Assembly (NCBI GenBank): GCA_964648865.1
Contig: CAZYLV010000001.1
Coordinates: forward strand, 18,476-82,475
DNA length: 64,000 nt
Direction of reading: 5' to 3'
DNA from: an uncultured Gammaproteobacteria bacterium
Lineage (GTDB): Bacteria; Patescibacteriota; Patescibacteriia; 2-12-FULL-57-11
A program made the position numbers and the translations under genes. This document shows, piece after piece, positions 60,512-64,000 of the stretch. Every line of letters starts with the position of its first letter. Position 1 is the stretch's first letter. Below the pieces are notes generated by a model. That model ran no database searches. It was given only the letters and a program-made list of their open reading frames with translations, and was not told where the DNA came from.

Positions 60512-61153
60512 TCAGTCGGCGGCGAATGTCCAGGCGGCGATCCGCGTCGCGCCACCCTGCCGCAGGGCGGCGGCAGCGGCCGTGAGCGTCGCCCCCGTGG
60601 TCACGACGTCGTCGACGAGGAGATACGCCGCGCCGGGATCGACGGCGCCGCGCACGGCGAAGGCGCCGTCGACGTTCTTGGCGCGCGCCGCGCGGTCGAG
60701 GGCCGTCTGGGTCACGGTCCGCCGGACCCGGACGAGCGGCTGCGTCACCGCCCCCAGGCCACGGCCGGCGAGCGACCCCGCCAGCGTCGCCGCCTGGTTG
60801 GCGCCGCGCCGACGCAGGCGGGCGGCATGCATGGGCACCGGGACGATGGTCCAGCGCGTCGGCCTGAGCGCGCCGAGGCCCGACCAGCGCCCCAGGGCCT
60901 CGTCCGCGAGCGCGGCGGCCTCCGGACGCCGCTCGTACTTGAGGGCATGCACGACCATGCGCACCGCGGCGTCCTGGAAACGCGTCACGCTCCAGACCGC
61001 GAGCGCGTCGAGCCGCCGCGCCTCCGGCACGAGCGGGATGGCGCGCCAGCAGTCCGGGCAGGCGACGGCGCCTTCCCGTCCGCATCCTCCGCAGAAATCA
61101 GGAAAGAGCGCGTCGAGCACGCCCTTCCGGAACCGAGCGAGGGCGGCCGTCAC
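60512..61153 (-). CDS. comF: ComF-family (double Zn ribbon + PRTase) protein; start may be 61186
   Basis: LFP..CGGC..CPDC, VPVPMH..R.RRRG.NQA, LLVDDVVTTGAT. Confidence 0.88.
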   Translation of the reverse strand: MTAALARFRKGVLDALFPDFCGGCGREGAVACPDCWRAIPLVPEARRLDALAVWSVTRFQDAAVRMVVHALKYERRPEAAALADEALGRWSGLGALRPTRWTIVPVPMHAARLRRRGANQAATLAGSLAGRGLGAVTQPLVRVRRTVTQTALDRAARAKNVDGAFAVRGAVDPGAAYLLVDDVVTTGATLTAAAAALRQGGATRIAAWTFAAD

Positions 61154-61776
61154 TGGGCCGACCAGGTCGCGGAGTCCACCAGCCATAGGTCGCCGCTGCG
61201 GCGGAATGCCAGGGTCAGCGTGCGGTAGTCGACGGTCGGCTGGTCGTCGCCGGATTGGGTCGAGCGCTGCGCGGCGACCGTGACCGTGGCGCGGCCGCCG
61301 GTCGCGTCGAGGGATGCGAGCGTCGTGGAGACGGCGCGCGTGGTCACGCCCACGTACCCGTCCCCGCCGCCCCCGGCCGAGCGGGCCTGGGCGATGGTTC
61401 GCTCCGTTGCCTCGCGCATCGACGCCGTCATGAGCGGATAGAGGTCGACGAGGTTCTGGAAGTCGGCCTGGTTGGAGTAGGTGCCGAACCGCTCTGCGAA
61501 CTGCCCGGCCGAGGAGACGAGCCGCTGCTCGAGGATCTCCTGATCCGAGGCGCGGGTGAACGTCTCGGCGGGTGCGGCGGGCGCGGACGCCGTCGGGACG
61601 TTGGCGTTGACCTGCGGCAAGCCTCCGGCCGGAGCGAGCGACGCCGTCGGCGTCGGCGCTTCGGCGGCGGGCTCCTCGGGCGCCGGCGCCGGACGCAGCA
61701 GGACGGCGGCCACGGCCGCCACCACGGTGACGAACACGACGACCCCGGCAACGATCAAGAGCATCCGCCGGCTCAT
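61150..61776 (-). CDS. Single-TM protein with NTF2-like (VirB8/TcpC-like) domain
   Basis: TM, Pro/Ala linker, FAERFGTYSNQ, terminal WLVD; start overlaps the virB4 stop. Confidence 0.72.
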   Translation of the reverse strand: MSRRMLLIVAGVVVFVTVVAAVAAVLLRPAPAPEEPAAEAPTPTASLAPAGGLPQVNANVPTASAPAAPAETFTRASDQEILEQRLVSSAGQFAERFGTYSNQADFQNLVDLYPLMTASMREATERTIAQARSAGGGGDGYVGVTTRAVSTTLASLDATGGRATVTVAAQRSTQSGDDQPTVDYRTLTLAFRRSGDLWLVDSATWSAQ

Positions 61777-63671
61777 ACGCCGCCCTCCTGTTCGGCGAGC
61801 TGCTGCTGGAACTCCTTCTTGGCCTGCTCGATCTCAAGCAGCTGGCGCGGATCGGTGGTGATGACCTGGTCCTCGGCGTACGAGGCGACGATCTTGATGG
61901 CGGCGTGCTTCTGGCCGGCGAAGAAGATGCCCTCGCCCACCCCGCTCTCGAGCAGCAGGTACTTCTCCCCCTGCGTGAGCAGGAAGGTCTTGGTGACCAG
62001 CTCGATGGAGGCCGGCGACTGCTTGAGCAGCAGCTGGATGGAGGAGTTGGTGACGATGGCCTGCCCGTAGGGCGAGGTCAGGAAGTCGTTGACGTCCTGG
62101 GTGATGGTGGTCACCCCGAGGTAGTACTTGCGGCAGCGTTTGACGAGCGCGAAGACGAACTTGGCCGAATCCTCCTGCTGCATCAGCCACCAGGCCTCGT
62201 CGATCACGAGGATGCGCCGCTTGCGCTCCGAGCGCACCACGTTCCAGATGTAGTTGACGATGCTGTAGATGGCCAGCGGCCGCAGCTCGTCTTCCAGGTC
62301 GCGCACCGAGAAGATGACCAGCGTGTTGCGGATGTCGACCGTGGTCGGCGAGTTGAAGAGCCCGGCGAAGGTGCCCTCGGTGTACTTCTTGAGCCGTTCC
62401 ACCAGGTCGCCGGATCCCTCCATGCCTTGGAGGACCTCCTGGAAGTCCTGGAAGATCGGCGGCTCGACGCGCGCCAGGTCGACGCCGGGGACGATGTCCT
62501 TCTTGGCGTAGGTCTCGAGCAGCGCCCGGTCGATGATGGAGTCCTCGGCGGTCGTCAGCTTGCCGCCGAGCATCAATCGGACGAGACCCTTCAACGTGAT
62601 GACGGCGCTGCGGATGATGTCCTCCACGGAATACTGCTCCCCCACCGGCCGGGGCAGCTCGAAGGGGTTGATCTTGGAATCCGAGGCCAGCGAGATGTTG
62701 ATGTACGTGCCGCCGACGGCGTCCGAGAGATGCTTGTATTCCATCTCCGGGTCGATGATCAGCACCTCGGAGCCGAGCATCAGCGACCGCAGCACCTCGA
62801 GCTTGACGGCATACGATTTTCCGGCGCCGGAGGTCGCGAACACGACCATGTTGGCGTTCTGGAGGGAAAAACGGTCGAACAGGATGAGCGAGTTGTTGTG
62901 GCGGTTGATGCCGTAGAGGATGCCGTTGTCCGACGTCAGGTCCGCCGAGGTGAACGGGAAGCTCGAGGCGATCGGCGAGCTGTTCATGTTGAAGGTCACC
63001 TGCAGCTCGTCGTTGCCGAGCGGCAGCGTGGAGTTGAAGCCCTGCTCGGCCTGGTAGAAGACGCGCTTGGAGTAGATGAGCTTGGCGCCGAAGACGTTCT
63101 CGATGTCGAGCGAGAACTTGTCCAGCTCCTCCTTGCTCTTGCCGTAGATCGTGATGTACAGCGCGAACTGGAAGAAGTGCTCGACGCCCTGCGTAAGGTC
63201 GTCGCGGAGCTTCTCGATGTCCCGCAGCGCCGTCTCCCGGAGCGGATCGCGCGGCGCGCCCTTCTCGGCATCGGAGAGGATCTGCGCCTCGAGGGTGCCG
63301 ACCTTGTTCTTGAGCTGCTTGAGGATGACGTGCGCCTTGACGGGGTAGAAGAACATCCCCACGTCGAGCATCTGGTTGATGTTGAGGATGGGCGTGAACC
63401 ACCCCACGCCCACGTAGCGCGGATAGGTGACCACGAAGACGGTCCGCACGTAGAGGTCACCGAGCAGCACGAAGGACGGCTCGACCTTCATGGCCGCGGG
63501 GGCGATGAGGTCGCGGATGGAGACGGTGCCTTTCCGGTAGACACGCTCCTCCTCGAGCGCCTCCTTCTCCACGGCGACCTTCTTTGCGGCTTCCGTGTCC
63601 GTCACCAAGGTCCCGCCCACCTCGACGGGGGCCCGCTTGCCGCGCAGCGCTTTGAACGGGTTGATGGCCAT
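61773..63671 (-). CDS. VirB4-like secretion/conjugation ATPase
   Basis: YGINRHN, FATSGAGKS, IIDPEMEY, LVIDEAW, RKY, TITQ. Confidence 0.9.
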   Translation of the reverse strand: MAINPFKALRGKRAPVEVGGTLVTDTEAAKKVAVEKEALEEERVYRKGTVSIRDLIAPAAMKVEPSFVLLGDLYVRTVFVVTYPRYVGVGWFTPILNINQMLDVGMFFYPVKAHVILKQLKNKVGTLEAQILSDAEKGAPRDPLRETALRDIEKLRDDLTQGVEHFFQFALYITIYGKSKEELDKFSLDIENVFGAKLIYSKRVFYQAEQGFNSTLPLGNDELQVTFNMNSSPIASSFPFTSADLTSDNGILYGINRHNNSLILFDRFSLQNANMVVFATSGAGKSYAVKLEVLRSLMLGSEVLIIDPEMEYKHLSDAVGGTYINISLASDSKINPFELPRPVGEQYSVEDIIRSAVITLKGLVRLMLGGKLTTAEDSIIDRALLETYAKKDIVPGVDLARVEPPIFQDFQEVLQGMEGSGDLVERLKKYTEGTFAGLFNSPTTVDIRNTLVIFSVRDLEDELRPLAIYSIVNYIWNVVRSERKRRILVIDEAWWLMQQEDSAKFVFALVKRCRKYYLGVTTITQDVNDFLTSPYGQAIVTNSSIQLLLKQSPASIELVTKTFLLTQGEKYLLLESGVGEGIFFAGQKHAAIKIVASYAEDQVITTDPRQLLEIEQAKKEFQQQLAEQEGGV

Positions 63672-63674
63672 AGC

Positions 63675-64000
63675 TCAGGCTTCCTCCACGCGGAGCTTGC
63701 CGACGTCGGTGAGCTTCTCGGCGTCGGAGACGATGGGGTTATAGGCGTTGTAGTAGAGCTCGATGAGCGACTGCGTGTCGAGCATCACCGCGCTCACCCC
63801 CATCGAGCCGAGGTTCGCGGCCACCGTATCGACACGCAGCAGCAGGTCCTTCCGTCGTTCCTGGAAGCGCGCCTCCTGGAGCCGGATGGTCAAGGCCGGC
63901 GTGATGGCCTCCTGCATGCGCTGGAAGAACCCCTTGCGCTTGTTGGTGAACGGGTCGAACGGGACGACCACGTAGAAGCGCTTGCTCATGATCTGCCCGA
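63675..64000 (-). CDS. Partial VirB4-associated protein (TraC/PrgI-linked type), 5' end outside the window
   Basis: KRFYVVVPF..LIELYYNAYNP; directly upstream of virB4. Confidence 0.7.
   Translation of the reverse strand, partial: GQIMSKRFYVVVPFDPFTNKRKGFFQRMQEAITPALTIRLQEARFQERRKDLLLRVDTVAANLGSMGVSAVMLDTQSLIELYYNAYNPIVSDAEKLTDVGKLRVEEA

Overview
Very GC-rich (roughly 70% by eye, not computed) chromosomal segment using the standard genetic code. It is most consistent with a Patescibacteria/CPR genome, probably Parcubacteria/ABY1-like (inference from the stand-alone gatB, T4SS-pilin fusions, VirB4-like ATPase cluster and baseplate-J-like membrane protein). The backbone is housekeeping: queA, rpmE-prfA-prmC, rplY, rodA, gyrB, secE-nusG-rplK...rplA, a dTTP-supply operon, gatB, miaA, thrS, dnaE, pheS/pheT, rseP, murI, PMM/PGM, lemA-htpX-clpC, radA, recG, three tRNAs, comF and virB4. 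Main findings: (1) The left edge looks like a diversity-generating retroelement (DGR). A 225-aa target gene has a C-terminal variable region whose first 31 nt recur at 1-31 with one A->G difference (minus strand), flanked by a structured leader, promoter and hairpin. The rest of the template and any reverse transcriptase would lie outside the window. (2) Two tandem pilin-anchored cell-wall enzymes (NlpC/P60-like, and SGNH esterase + lytic transglycosylase) sit beside DsbA. (3) Gene expression signals are split: core genes are mostly leaderless or SD-less, while about nine scattered orphans carry strong SD sites and mostly consensus TTGAC-17/18-TAnnnT promoters. (4) REP palindromes and a cloverleaf element are inserted in-frame in prmC. 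(5) There is a tRNA-Arg(GCG), a Myxococcota-like exported protein, and a cluster of large acidic effector-like orphans. Family assignments come from motif recognition by eye; no searches were run.
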